A stretch of DNA of 64,000 nucleotides, from positions 11,848-75,847 of the forward strand of contig JAFRPL010000036.1 of the NCBI GenBank assembly GCA_017429165.1, written 5' to 3'. Both the position numbers and the translations under genes were made by a program. This document shows positions 27,750 to 35,656 of the stretch, piece after piece. Numbering within the stretch: the stretch's first letter is position 1; every line of letters starts with the position of its first letter. The notes under the pieces were generated by a model. The model had not been told where the DNA came from. It saw only the letters and a program-made list of their open reading frames with translations, and did no database searches. The stretch is from Clostridia bacterium (GTDB taxonomy: Bacteria > Bacillota > Clostridia > Oscillospirales > CAG-382).

Positions 27750-28435
27750 AGATCAGCGGTTTTCAAAAACTAACTCTTCTGGATTTTCCCGGACGTACGG
27801 CCTGTACGGTATTTACCCACGGCTGCAATTTAAGATGTCCGTTTTGTCATAACGCGCCTCTCGTTACGCGAAAAGACGATTCGGAGTTTACGGAAGAAGA
27901 ATTCTTCAATTATATATCAAAGCGCAAAGGCATCATCGACGGCGTGGCTATCACCGGAGGCGAACCGCTGCTGCACAAGGATGTGTTCGATTTCATAGCG
28001 CGAATACATGATCTCGGCTTTTCCGTCAAACTCGATACCAACGGTTTCTTTCCGTCTTTATTATACGATATTATCAAAAGCGGAAACGTTTCATATATTG
28101 CGATGGATATCAAAAATACCCCGGAAAAATACGGAGCTACTACCGGTATCGAAGGGATATCGATCGATAACGTTTATAAAAGCATCGATCACATCATTCA
28201 TTCGGGTCTGGAATACGAATTCCGCACTACCGCCGTGGCAGAGTTCCACAACCCCGAAGATTTTACTGTCATAGCTAAAATGATAGAAGGCGCCGACGTT
28301 TATTATATACAGAAATTCAAGGATTCGGGCGATCTTATTACCGAAGGGCTTCATCCGCTCGGCGACGAGGATATGCTGAAATGCGCCGAAAATGCGCGTA
28401 AAGTGTTGAATAACGTCAGTCTGCGCGGAGTCTGA
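27746..28435 (+). CDS. nrdG: Anaerobic ribonucleoside-triphosphate reductase activating protein (radical SAM)
   Basis: The motif LLDFPGRTACTVFTHGCNLRCPFCHN contains the CxxxCxxC cluster. GVAITGGEPL is also present. The gene is next to nrdD. Confidence 0.9.
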   Translation: MKISGFQKLTLLDFPGRTACTVFTHGCNLRCPFCHNAPLVTRKDDSEFTEEEFFNYISKRKGIIDGVAITGGEPLLHKDVFDFIARIHDLGFSVKLDTNGFFPSLLYDIIKSGNVSYIAMDIKNTPEKYGATTGIEGISIDNVYKSIDHIIHSGLEYEFRTTAVAEFHNPEDFTVIAKMIEGADVYYIQKFKDSGDLITEGLHPLGDEDMLKCAENARKVLNNVSLRGV

Positions 28436-28447
28436 CGCCAATTTGTT

Positions 28448-28467
28448 CACCACAACATATAGTGGTG
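28448..28467. promoter_or_regulatory. NrdR-box-like palindrome 1
   Basis: The core ccACAACATATAGTGg (28450-28465) matches about 13 of 16 positions of the NrdR box consensus acaCwAtATaTwGtgt, recalled from memory. Confidence 0.5.
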
Positions 28468-28490
28468 TATGTCATTTTTTACGAAAAAAA

Positions 28491-28506
28491 GCACAATTTA
28501 TTGTGC
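28491..28506. promoter_or_regulatory. NrdR-box-like palindrome 2 (could also act as a weak nrdG terminator)
   Basis: GCACAATTTATTGTGC forms 7+7 bp palindromic arms, flanked by A7 and T6. Its centre is 41 bp from box 1, and it lies directly upstream of the nrdD -35. Confidence 0.5.
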
Positions 28507-28515
28507 TTTTTTCTA

Positions 28516-28544
28516 TTGACAAATCATTTCCGCCGTGTTAATAT
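28516..28544 (+). promoter_or_regulatory. nrdD promoter TTGACA-17-TGtTAATAT
   Basis: Perfect -35 TTGACA at 28516-28521. Extended -10 TGtTAATAT ends at 28544. Confidence 0.55.
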
Positions 28545-28577
28545 ATAATGCGATACGATAAAACGGAGGTTGATGAT

Positions 28578-30950
28578 ATGTATCAGGTTATTAAAAGAGA
28601 CGGCAAGGTAGTTGATTTTGATATATCCAAGATCGCACACGCCATAAAGATGGCGTTTGACGCACAGCAGAAACAATATAACGACGACGTGATAGATTTT
28701 CTCGCGCTCAAGGTAACGTCGGATTTTCAGAATAAAGTAAAGGATGAAAAGATTACTGTCGAAGACATTCAGGACAGCGTCGAATCAGTCCTTATCAAAT
28801 CCGACTACGCTGACGTGGCGAAGGCGTATATCCTTTACCGCAAGCAGCGCGAAAAGATCAGAAATCTCAAATCCACTTTTCTCGATTACAAAAAGCTCGT
28901 CGACGATTACGTCGGCTCGCTCGACTGGCGCGTTAAAGAGAATTCCACGGTTACTTATTCCGTGGGCGGACTCATTCTTTCCAACTCCGGCGCCATCACG
29001 GCCAACTACTGGCTTTCCGAGATCTACGACCAGGAGATAGCAAACGCCCATTCCGACGGCGACATCCATCTGCACGATCTCTCTATGCTAACCGGCTACT
29101 GCGCCGGCTGGTCGCTTAAACAGCTCATCCAGGAAGGCCTCGGCGGCGTCACCGGCAAAATCACCTCGTCTCCCGCAAGCCACCTTGCTACCCTCTGTAA
29201 CCAGATGGTCAACTTCTTAGGAATAATGCAGAACGAATGGGCTGGCGCTCAGGCCTTCTCATCGTTCGATACTTATCTTGCTCCGTTCGTTAAAGCAGAT
29301 AACCTCTCTTATGATCAAGTCAAGAAAGCCATCGAATCCTTCGTCTACGGCGTGAACACTCCTTCGCGCTGGGGAACTCAGGCGCCGTTTTCCAACATAA
29401 CGCTCGACTGGACCGTTCCCAACGACCTCGCCGAACTCAACTGCATCGTCGGCGGCAAGGAAATGCCTTTCCGCTATAAAGACTGCAAAAAAGAGATGGA
29501 TATGGTCAACAAGGCGTTCATCGAGATAATGATCGAAGGCGACGCCAACGGACGCGGATTCCAGTATCCTATACCTACTTATTCCATCACCAAAGATTTC
29601 GACTGGTCCGAGACCGAAAACAACCGCCTGCTGTTCGAAATGACCAGCAAATACGGCACACCGTATTTCTCCAACTACGTCAATTCCGATATGCAGCCCA
29701 GCGACGTCCGCAGTATGTGCTGCCGTCTGCGCCTTGACCTGCGCGAGCTCCGCAAAAAATCCGGCGGTTTCTTCGGCAGCGGCGAATCCACCGGCTCAAT
29801 CGGCGTCGTTACTATCAATATGCCGCGTATCGCGTACCTTTCCAAGACTCCCGAGGAGTTCTACAAGCGGCTCGATCATTTGATGGATATTTCCGCTCGT
29901 TCGCTCAAAGTCAAGCGCAACGTCATCACCAAATTGCTCGATAACGGCCTGTATCCTTACACCAAACGCTATCTCGGCACTTTCGCCAACCATTTTTCGA
30001 CTATCGGTCTCGTCGGTATGAACGAAGCCGGTCTCAACGCCTGCTGGCTTCGCAAAGACCTCACTCACAAAGAGACTCAGGAATTCACCAAAGACGTGCT
30101 CAACCATATGAGAGAACGCCTTTCCGACTACCAGGAACAGTACGGCGACCTTTACAATCTCGAAGCCACGCCGGCTGAATCCACTTCCTACCGTCTCGCC
30201 AAGCACGACGTAGAGAAATATCCTGACATCATCACCGCGAGCGAAAACAGCGGCGCTCCGTATTACACCAACAGTTCGCACCTGCCTGTCGGCTACACCG
30301 ACGATATCTTCACTGCGCTTGACATTCAGGACGAACTTCAGACTCTTTATACCTCCGGCACCGTGTTCCACGCCTTCCTGGGCGAAAAACTCCCCGATTG
30401 GCGTTCCGCCGCGAACCTCGTCCGCAAGATCGCCGAAAACTACCGTCTGCCGTATTATACGCTTTCGCCTACGTATTCCGTGTGCAAAAATCACGGCTAC
30501 AAAGTCGGCGAGGTCTACACATGCCCCGACTGCGGCGAAAGTACCGAGGTCTATTCCCGCATAACCGGCTATTACAGACCTATTCAGAACTGGAACACCG
30601 GTAAGACACAGGAGTTCAAACAGCGCAAGGAATACGATATAGCGCATTCCGTCATGCATAAAAAAGAACACGAGCAGTGCGAATGCTGCGAACACGAAGA
30701 AGAAAACGCTGCTAAAGGCGATATAACTTATCTGTTCACGTCGCCCACCTGCCCGCGCTGCAAGATGGCAAAGATGTTTCTCGAAAAAGCAAACGTACCT
30801 TACGACGCCATCGACTGCGTGAGCAATATAGACCTCGTCAACGAATTCGGCGTCACTCAGTCGCCCACGCTCGTTGTCGTCCGCGACGGCAAGCTGTACA
30901 AGTTCGACGATATTTCCGCTATCCGCAAATATATAGAGGAATCCAAATAA
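28578..30950 (+). CDS. nrdD: Anaerobic (class III) ribonucleoside-triphosphate reductase with an N-terminal ATP-cone and a C-terminal thioredoxin/glutaredoxin-like extension
   Basis: ATG 28578 has GGAGG 8 nt upstream. ATP-cone MYQVIKRDGKVVDFDISKI. Finger-loop SMCCRLRLD. Zn ribbon CKNHG..CPDCG. Glycyl-radical motif SRITGYYRP. About 100 extra residues follow, including CECCEH and a CPRC redoxin-like fold (LFTSPTCPRCKMAKMFLEK...SPTLVV). Confidence 0.93.
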   Translation: MYQVIKRDGKVVDFDISKIAHAIKMAFDAQQKQYNDDVIDFLALKVTSDFQNKVKDEKITVEDIQDSVESVLIKSDYADVAKAYILYRKQREKIRNLKSTFLDYKKLVDDYVGSLDWRVKENSTVTYSVGGLILSNSGAITANYWLSEIYDQEIANAHSDGDIHLHDLSMLTGYCAGWSLKQLIQEGLGGVTGKITSSPASHLATLCNQMVNFLGIMQNEWAGAQAFSSFDTYLAPFVKADNLSYDQVKKAIESFVYGVNTPSRWGTQAPFSNITLDWTVPNDLAELNCIVGGKEMPFRYKDCKKEMDMVNKAFIEIMIEGDANGRGFQYPIPTYSITKDFDWSETENNRLLFEMTSKYGTPYFSNYVNSDMQPSDVRSMCCRLRLDLRELRKKSGGFFGSGESTGSIGVVTINMPRIAYLSKTPEEFYKRLDHLMDISARSLKVKRNVITKLLDNGLYPYTKRYLGTFANHFSTIGLVGMNEAGLNACWLRKDLTHKETQEFTKDVLNHMRERLSDYQEQYGDLYNLEATPAESTSYRLAKHDVEKYPDIITASENSGAPYYTNSSHLPVGYTDDIFTALDIQDELQTLYTSGTVFHAFLGEKLPDWRSAANLVRKIAENYRLPYYTLSPTYSVCKNHGYKVGEVYTCPDCGESTEVYSRITGYYRPIQNWNTGKTQEFKQRKEYDIAHSVMHKKEHEQCECCEHEEENAAKGDITYLFTSPTCPRCKMAKMFLEKANVPYDAIDCVSNIDLVNEFGVTQSPTLVVVRDGKLYKFDDISAIRKYIEESK

Positions 30951-31858
30951 TGTACGATATTATAGTGATTGGCGGTGGCCCAGCGGGGCTTACCGCCGCT
31001 CTCTATGCATTGAGAGCAGACAAAAAAGTGCTTATTATCGAAAAGAACGCGTTCGGCGGCCAGATGACCAATTCGCCAAAGATCGAAAACTTCCCGGGGT
31101 TTTCCGAAATTTCCGGTATCGATCTTGCCGACAAAATGCTTGAAAGCGTACTCGAAAAAGGCGCCGAAGTCGAACTCGACGAGGTGCATTCGGTAATGAC
31201 CGAAGGAGCCGTCAAAAAGGTAAAGACAACGTATTCGGAATACGAATCAAAAGCGGTCATAATCGCAAACGGAGTAAAGCACCGCACGCTGGGGCTTGAA
31301 CACGAGGAAGAACTCACCGGAAGGGGAGTATACTACTGCGCGGTCTGCGACGGCGGATACATGCGCGGACTTGACGTCATTCTGATAGGCGGCGGCAATT
31401 CGGCGCTGCAGGAAGCCGTGTTGCTTTCTGATATCTGCAAATCGGTCAAGATAGTGCAGAATCTTTCGGATTTTACCGGCGAAGCAAAACTCGCCTCCTC
31501 CGTTCGTTCTAAACCTAACGTTAGCGCGGTATTCGATTCTGTCTGCGAAAAAATTATCATAAAAGACGGAAAATTCGCAGGAGCAGAGATAAAGAATACT
31601 AAAACCGGCGAGCATACCGAACTCTTTGCAGACGGAATGTTTGTCGCCATAGGGCTGCTGCCGGATAACAAACGCTTTGCTGACGTCGCAACCCTCGATA
31701 AGTACGGGTATTTTGATACCGACGAAAGCTGTATCGCGTCGCAGGGCGTGTTCGTTGCGGGCGATTGCCGTTCCAAACGCATACGCCAGATCGTGACCGC
31801 CGCAGGCGACGGCGCTTCCGCCGCACTCGCAGCCTGCAGCTATATCGACAGTATGTGA
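30950..31858 (+). CDS. trxB: Thioredoxin-disulfide reductase
   Basis: Motifs DIIVIGGGPAGLTAALYA, redox-active CAVCDG, GGGNSALQEA and GDCRS. The start overlaps the nrdD stop (TAATG). Confidence 0.9.
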   Translation: MYDIIVIGGGPAGLTAALYALRADKKVLIIEKNAFGGQMTNSPKIENFPGFSEISGIDLADKMLESVLEKGAEVELDEVHSVMTEGAVKKVKTTYSEYESKAVIIANGVKHRTLGLEHEEELTGRGVYYCAVCDGGYMRGLDVILIGGGNSALQEAVLLSDICKSVKIVQNLSDFTGEAKLASSVRSKPNVSAVFDSVCEKIIIKDGKFAGAEIKNTKTGEHTELFADGMFVAIGLLPDNKRFADVATLDKYGYFDTDESCIASQGVFVAGDCRSKRIRQIVTAAGDGASAALAACSYIDSM

Positions 31859-31878
31859 ACCTTTACGAGGTTTGAGCA

Positions 31879-32004
31879 ATGTTTGATGACAAAAAACGCA
31901 AGAAAGACGAATTGTATATCAATTACGTTACGGGCGAAATAGAATCAACATATAAAGATGATTTGCTGATAGACAGATTCGGAAACATCAAACAGCAGAT
32001 CTGA
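31879..32004 (+). CDS. Small ORF (41 aa), possibly extended to 32076 by TGA read-through
   Basis: GAGG lies 8 nt upstream of ATG 31879. The product is MFDDKKRKKDELYINYVTGEIESTYKDDLLIDRFGNIKQQI. It is too short for the ORF track. Coding status is uncertain. Confidence 0.25.
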   Translation: MFDDKKRKKDELYINYVTGEIESTYKDDLLIDRFGNIKQQI

Positions 32005-32104
32005 AAAGGACTCGTCATGGATCTTGAATCAGGCGAGATACAGTATTCGGTCCCGCTTGATAAGCCGGATAAATAGCCAATTTGTTATTTTGTAAAAAAA
32101 CATA

Positions 32105-32156
32105 AAGAAAAACGCGCTTGTTCCGCTGTGTGCGGAAAAGCGCGTTTCTGTTTTTC
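32105..32156. terminator. Bidirectional intrinsic terminator
   Basis: Long hairpin aaaaacgcgcttgttccgc (32108-32126) / gcggaaaagcgcgttt (32132-32147) with one bulge. It is flanked by an A-rich tract on one side and T-rich tract (ctgttttt) on the other. Confidence 0.8.
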
Positions 32157-32177
32157 TATAATGAGTGCTGCTGAATA

Positions 32178-33176
32178 TTATTTCATCGCTTCTTCAACAG
32201 CGACAGCGCAGGCGACCGTTGCGCCTACCATGGGGTTGTTGCCCATGCCGATCAGGCCCATCATCTCGACGTGCGCGGGAACGGAAGAAGAACCTGCAAA
32301 CTGTGCGTCAGAGTGCATTCTGCCCATGGTGTCGGTCATGCCGTAGCTGGACGGACCGGCTGCCATATTATCGGGATGCAGGGTTCTGCCCGTGCCGCCG
32401 CCGGAGGCGACGGAGAAATATTTCTTGCCGTTTTCAACGCACCATTTCTTATAGGTGCCGGCGACGGGATGCTGGAATCTGGTGGGGTTGGTGGAGTTGC
32501 CGGTGATGGAAACGCCAACATCTTCTAGTTTCATAATGGCGACTCCTTCGGGAACGTTATCCGCGCCGTAGCAGCGGACAGCCGCTCTGGGGCCTTTGGA
32601 GAAAGGCTTTTCGGAGACGATCTTAACGGTCTCGGAATACGGATCGAATTCGGTCTGTACGTAGGTGAAGCCGTTGATACGTGAAATAATATAAGCGGCG
32701 TCTTTGCCAAGGCCGTTGAGTATGACGCGCAGCGGGTTCTTACGTACCTTGTTGGCGTTGAGCGCTATTTTGATCGCGCCTTCTGCAGCGGCGAAGGATT
32801 CATGGCCGGCGAGGAAGCAGAAGCATCCGGTCTCTTCGGAAAGCAGCATTTTGCCCAAGTTACCGTGACCGAGGCCGACTTTTCTGTTTTCGGCAACAGA
32901 GCCGGGGATGCAGAAGGACTGCAGACCAACACCGATCGCAGCGGCGGCGTCAGCGGCTTTTTTGCAGCCGGATTTTATGGCGATGGCGCAGCCGACGGTG
33001 TAAGCCCAAACAGCGTTTTCAAAGCATATCGGCTGGGTTGAACGCACTATGTTATCGACATCGATGCCTTTTGCAAGCGTTATCTCTTTGCATTCGTCGA
33101 TAGAGGAGATACCGTATTGTTTAATAACGCCGAGAATTTTCTGCTCGCGTCTTTCGTAACCTTCAAAATTAGCCAT
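32178..33176 (-). CDS. GGGtGRT-family protein (function unknown)
   Basis: Contains the family-naming motif ..VASGGGTGRTLHPDNM.., is 332 aa long and has the characteristic neighbour (an IscU-like gene). Confidence 0.85.
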   Translation of the reverse strand: MANFEGYERREQKILGVIKQYGISSIDECKEITLAKGIDVDNIVRSTQPICFENAVWAYTVGCAIAIKSGCKKAADAAAAIGVGLQSFCIPGSVAENRKVGLGHGNLGKMLLSEETGCFCFLAGHESFAAAEGAIKIALNANKVRKNPLRVILNGLGKDAAYIISRINGFTYVQTEFDPYSETVKIVSEKPFSKGPRAAVRCYGADNVPEGVAIMKLEDVGVSITGNSTNPTRFQHPVAGTYKKWCVENGKKYFSVASGGGTGRTLHPDNMAAGPSSYGMTDTMGRMHSDAQFAGSSSVPAHVEMMGLIGMGNNPMVGATVACAVAVEEAMK

Positions 33177-33188
33177 TTCAGTACCTCC

Positions 33189-33884
33189 TTATTCAAGCCT
33201 GGGGTCGACGTATTTGACGGCTTCTGCAAAGCGGCCGTACGTGCCCTTGGCTTTTTCGTACGCTTCATTCGGTTCCATGCCTTTTTTGATAAAATCGGTC
33301 ATTTTGCCGAGCGAAACGAATTCATAACCTATCACTTCATCGTTTTCATCGAGCGCCATTCTGGTGCAGTAACCCTCGGTCATTTCGAGATAGCGCACGC
33401 CTTTGGCTTTGGTGCCGTACATAGTGCCGACCATCGAACGCTGACCCTTGCCCAGGTCTTCCATACCGGCGCCGATGACGAGGCCGTTTTCGGAAAAAGC
33501 GGATTGCGATCTGCCGTAGACGATCTGCAGGAACAGTTCGCGCATTGCGGTGTTGATAGCGTCGCACACGAGATCGGTGTTGAGCGCTTCGAGCAGCGTT
33601 TTGCCGGGGAGAATTTCCGCCGCCATAGCCGCGGAATGAGTCATACCGGAGCAGCCGATGGTCTCGACGAGCGCTTCTTCGATAATGCCGTTCTTCACGT
33701 TGAGCGAAAGCTTGCAGGCGCCCTGCTGAGGAGCGCACCAGCCCACGCCGTGCGTGTAGGCGGAAATGTCGCTTATCTGCTTAGCCTGTACCCATTTACC
33801 TTCTTCGGGAATAGGGGCGGGGCCGTGGTCGCAGCCCTTGGCTATGCAGCACATGTTTTCAACTTCTTTTGAATAGTTAAGCAT
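33189..33884 (-). CDS. IscU/NifU-N-like iron-sulfur scaffold-like protein with a C-terminal extension
   Basis: GWCAPQQGACKLSLNVKNGIIEEALVETIGCSGMTHSAAMAAEILPGKTLLEAL parallels the IscU pattern G.P.CGD...L....G.I..A.F.T.GC...IAS.S.....KGK.L.EA. Confidence 0.7.
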   Translation of the reverse strand: MLNYSKEVENMCCIAKGCDHGPAPIPEEGKWVQAKQISDISAYTHGVGWCAPQQGACKLSLNVKNGIIEEALVETIGCSGMTHSAAMAAEILPGKTLLEALNTDLVCDAINTAMRELFLQIVYGRSQSAFSENGLVIGAGMEDLGKGQRSMVGTMYGTKAKGVRYLEMTEGYCTRMALDENDEVIGYEFVSLGKMTDFIKKGMEPNEAYEKAKGTYGRFAEAVKYVDPRLE

Positions 33885-33902
33885 AGTTCGATCCTTTCTA
33901 TG

Positions 33903-34475
33903 TTATTTGAATATTTCTCCGTAAACAGTGCCGGAAGCGCACGCGGCGTTGGATTCGTCGGTGTCGATATGCATTGCGGCGGAAAACTTTTCGCTTACTC
34001 TCACAACGACGTCGCCAAATATGAGCGGACGCGCGGTATCGTTGAGCACGACGCTGACGATCTGACCGTTTTCAAGGCCGTATTCTTTGGCGTCTTCGGG
34101 GGTGAGGTGGATATGGCGCTTTGCTGCAATGCAGCCCTCCGCAAGCTCAACTTCGCCGCAGGGACCTACGAGCTTGACGGCGGCGGAACCCGCGATATCG
34201 CCCGATTCGCGCACAGGCGCCTGAACGCCCAGCGTGCGTGCGTCCGAAAGGGAAACTTCCACCTGGTTGGCTTTGCGCACCGGTCCGAGTATCGAAACGC
34301 GTGATATGGTGTTTTTGGGACCGACGACGTCGACTTTTTCTTCGGATGCGAACTGACCCGGCTGGGAAAGATATTTCTTGACCGTGAGTTCATGTCCTTT
34401 GCCGAAAAGGATCTCGAGCGTCTCCTGCGTTACGTGAACGTGACGCGCTGATGTTTCTACAAGAATCTTGTTCAT
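33903..34475 (-). CDS. pduL: PduL-type phosphate acyltransferase (phosphate propanoyltransferase family)
   Basis: The two PduL signature repeats are present: SARHVHVTQETLEILFG and AKRHIHLTPEDAKEYG. The usual ~190 aa size. Confidence 0.85.
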   Translation of the reverse strand: MNKILVETSARHVHVTQETLEILFGKGHELTVKKYLSQPGQFASEEKVDVVGPKNTISRVSILGPVRKANQVEVSLSDARTLGVQAPVRESGDIAGSAAVKLVGPCGEVELAEGCIAAKRHIHLTPEDAKEYGLENGQIVSVVLNDTARPLIFGDVVVRVSEKFSAAMHIDTDESNAACASGTVYGEIFK

Positions 34476-34513
34476 TTTGTGTCCTTTCTGTATTTATGAT
34501 TTTCACTTTTGTT

Positions 34514-34542
34514 ATTATACAACATAAAATTTCGCTTGTAAA
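34514..34542 (-). promoter_or_regulatory. Candidate promoter TTTACA-17-TATAAT for the pduL operon
   Basis: On the minus strand, TATAAT is at 34519-34514 and TTTACA at 34542-34537. Confidence 0.45.
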
Positions 34543-34563
34543 TGTTTTTTTCCAAAATTTTTA

Positions 34564-34592
34564 TTGAAAAAACCACAATAATATGGTACAAT
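34564..34592 (+). promoter_or_regulatory. trpS promoter TTGAAA-17-TGgTACAAT
   Basis: TTGAAA at 34564-34569 and TACAAT at 34587-34592, preceded by TGg. Confidence 0.5.
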
Positions 34593-34633
34593 ATTATGAA
34601 ATTATATAATTGGAATTATTATGGAGTAAATTT

Positions 34634-35635
34634 ATGGAAACCACTGCTAAGCCGCGCATACTTTCGGGGATCAAACCCACAGGTGAGCTCACTCTGGGCT
34701 CTTATATAGGAGCGATAAAAAACTGGGTTTCGCTTCAGGACGAATATGACTGCCTGTATATGCTTGCGGATATGCATTCTATCACCGTAAGACACGATCC
34801 CGCGGTGCTTCGCCGGCGCACGCTCGAACAGCTCGCGCAGTATATCGCGTGCGGTCTTGACCCCGAAAAGAATATACTTTTCATACAAAGCCACGTTCCG
34901 GCTCACGCAGAACTCGCCTGGGTGCTCAACTGCTACACCATGGTCGGTGAGCTCAACCGCATGACGCAGTTCAAAGAGAAATCGGCAAAGCATACCGAGA
35001 ATATAAACGCCGGTCTTTACGATTATCCCGTACTAATGGCGGCAGACATATTGCTTTACAACGCCGATCTCGTGCCTGTTGGCGAAGATCAGAAACAGCA
35101 CGTAGAACTTTGCCGGGATATCGCAACTCGTTTCAACGGTATATACGGCGATGTGTTCAAAGTGCCTGAACCTTTCATTCCCAAACTTGGGGCGCGAATA
35201 ATGAGCCTCGACGACCCTGCGAGCAAGATGAGCAAGTCGGAAGAATCCAACGGCAGCGTACTGCTTATGGACGAGCCCAATATCATAAAGGCAAAATTCC
35301 GCCGCGCCGTAACCGACAGTGAAACCTGCGTAAGGTACGATCCCGAAAACAAAAAGGGCGTTTCAAACCTTATGACTATCTATTCCGTCTGTACCGGCAG
35401 CACTTATGATCAGATCGAGAATGATTTCGCTGGGAAGGGATACGGCGAATTCAAGACCGCCGTAGGCGACGTCGTAGTCGAAACGCTGCGTCCAATACGC
35501 GAAGAGGCAAAACGCCTTCTCGCCGACAAAGCATACCTTAATTCCGTTATAACGAAAGGTGCGGAAAACGCTGGCCGCATAGCGTACCGCATGCTTTCAA
35601 AGGTTTACAAAAAAGTCGGTTTTTACAGACCTTAA
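34634..35635 (+). CDS. trpS: Tryptophan--tRNA ligase
   Basis: ILSGIKPTGELTLGSYIGAI is the HIGH-region equivalent. KMSKS is present (ASKMSKSE). ATG 34634 has GGAG 7 nt upstream. Confidence 0.95.
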   Translation: METTAKPRILSGIKPTGELTLGSYIGAIKNWVSLQDEYDCLYMLADMHSITVRHDPAVLRRRTLEQLAQYIACGLDPEKNILFIQSHVPAHAELAWVLNCYTMVGELNRMTQFKEKSAKHTENINAGLYDYPVLMAADILLYNADLVPVGEDQKQHVELCRDIATRFNGIYGDVFKVPEPFIPKLGARIMSLDDPASKMSKSEESNGSVLLMDEPNIIKAKFRRAVTDSETCVRYDPENKKGVSNLMTIYSVCTGSTYDQIENDFAGKGYGEFKTAVGDVVVETLRPIREEAKRLLADKAYLNSVITKGAENAGRIAYRMLSKVYKKVGFYRP

Positions 35636-35656
35636 ATTCTGTTTCGGAGGATAACA

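Noticed and set aside
32002-32004. Selenocysteine at the in-frame TGA of the small ORF
   Set aside because: No SECIS-like stem-loop lies directly downstream and the sequence has no redox-motif context (QQI-TGA-KGL). Read-through or a split gene remains possible, but Sec is unsupported.
34476-34633. Possible T-box leader upstream of trpS
   Set aside because: The intergenic region is only ~160 nt and extremely AT-rich. It holds a promoter at 34564-34592. There is no room for the specifier or antiterminator helices, and no T-box sequence (AANNNGGUGGNACCGCG-like) is present.
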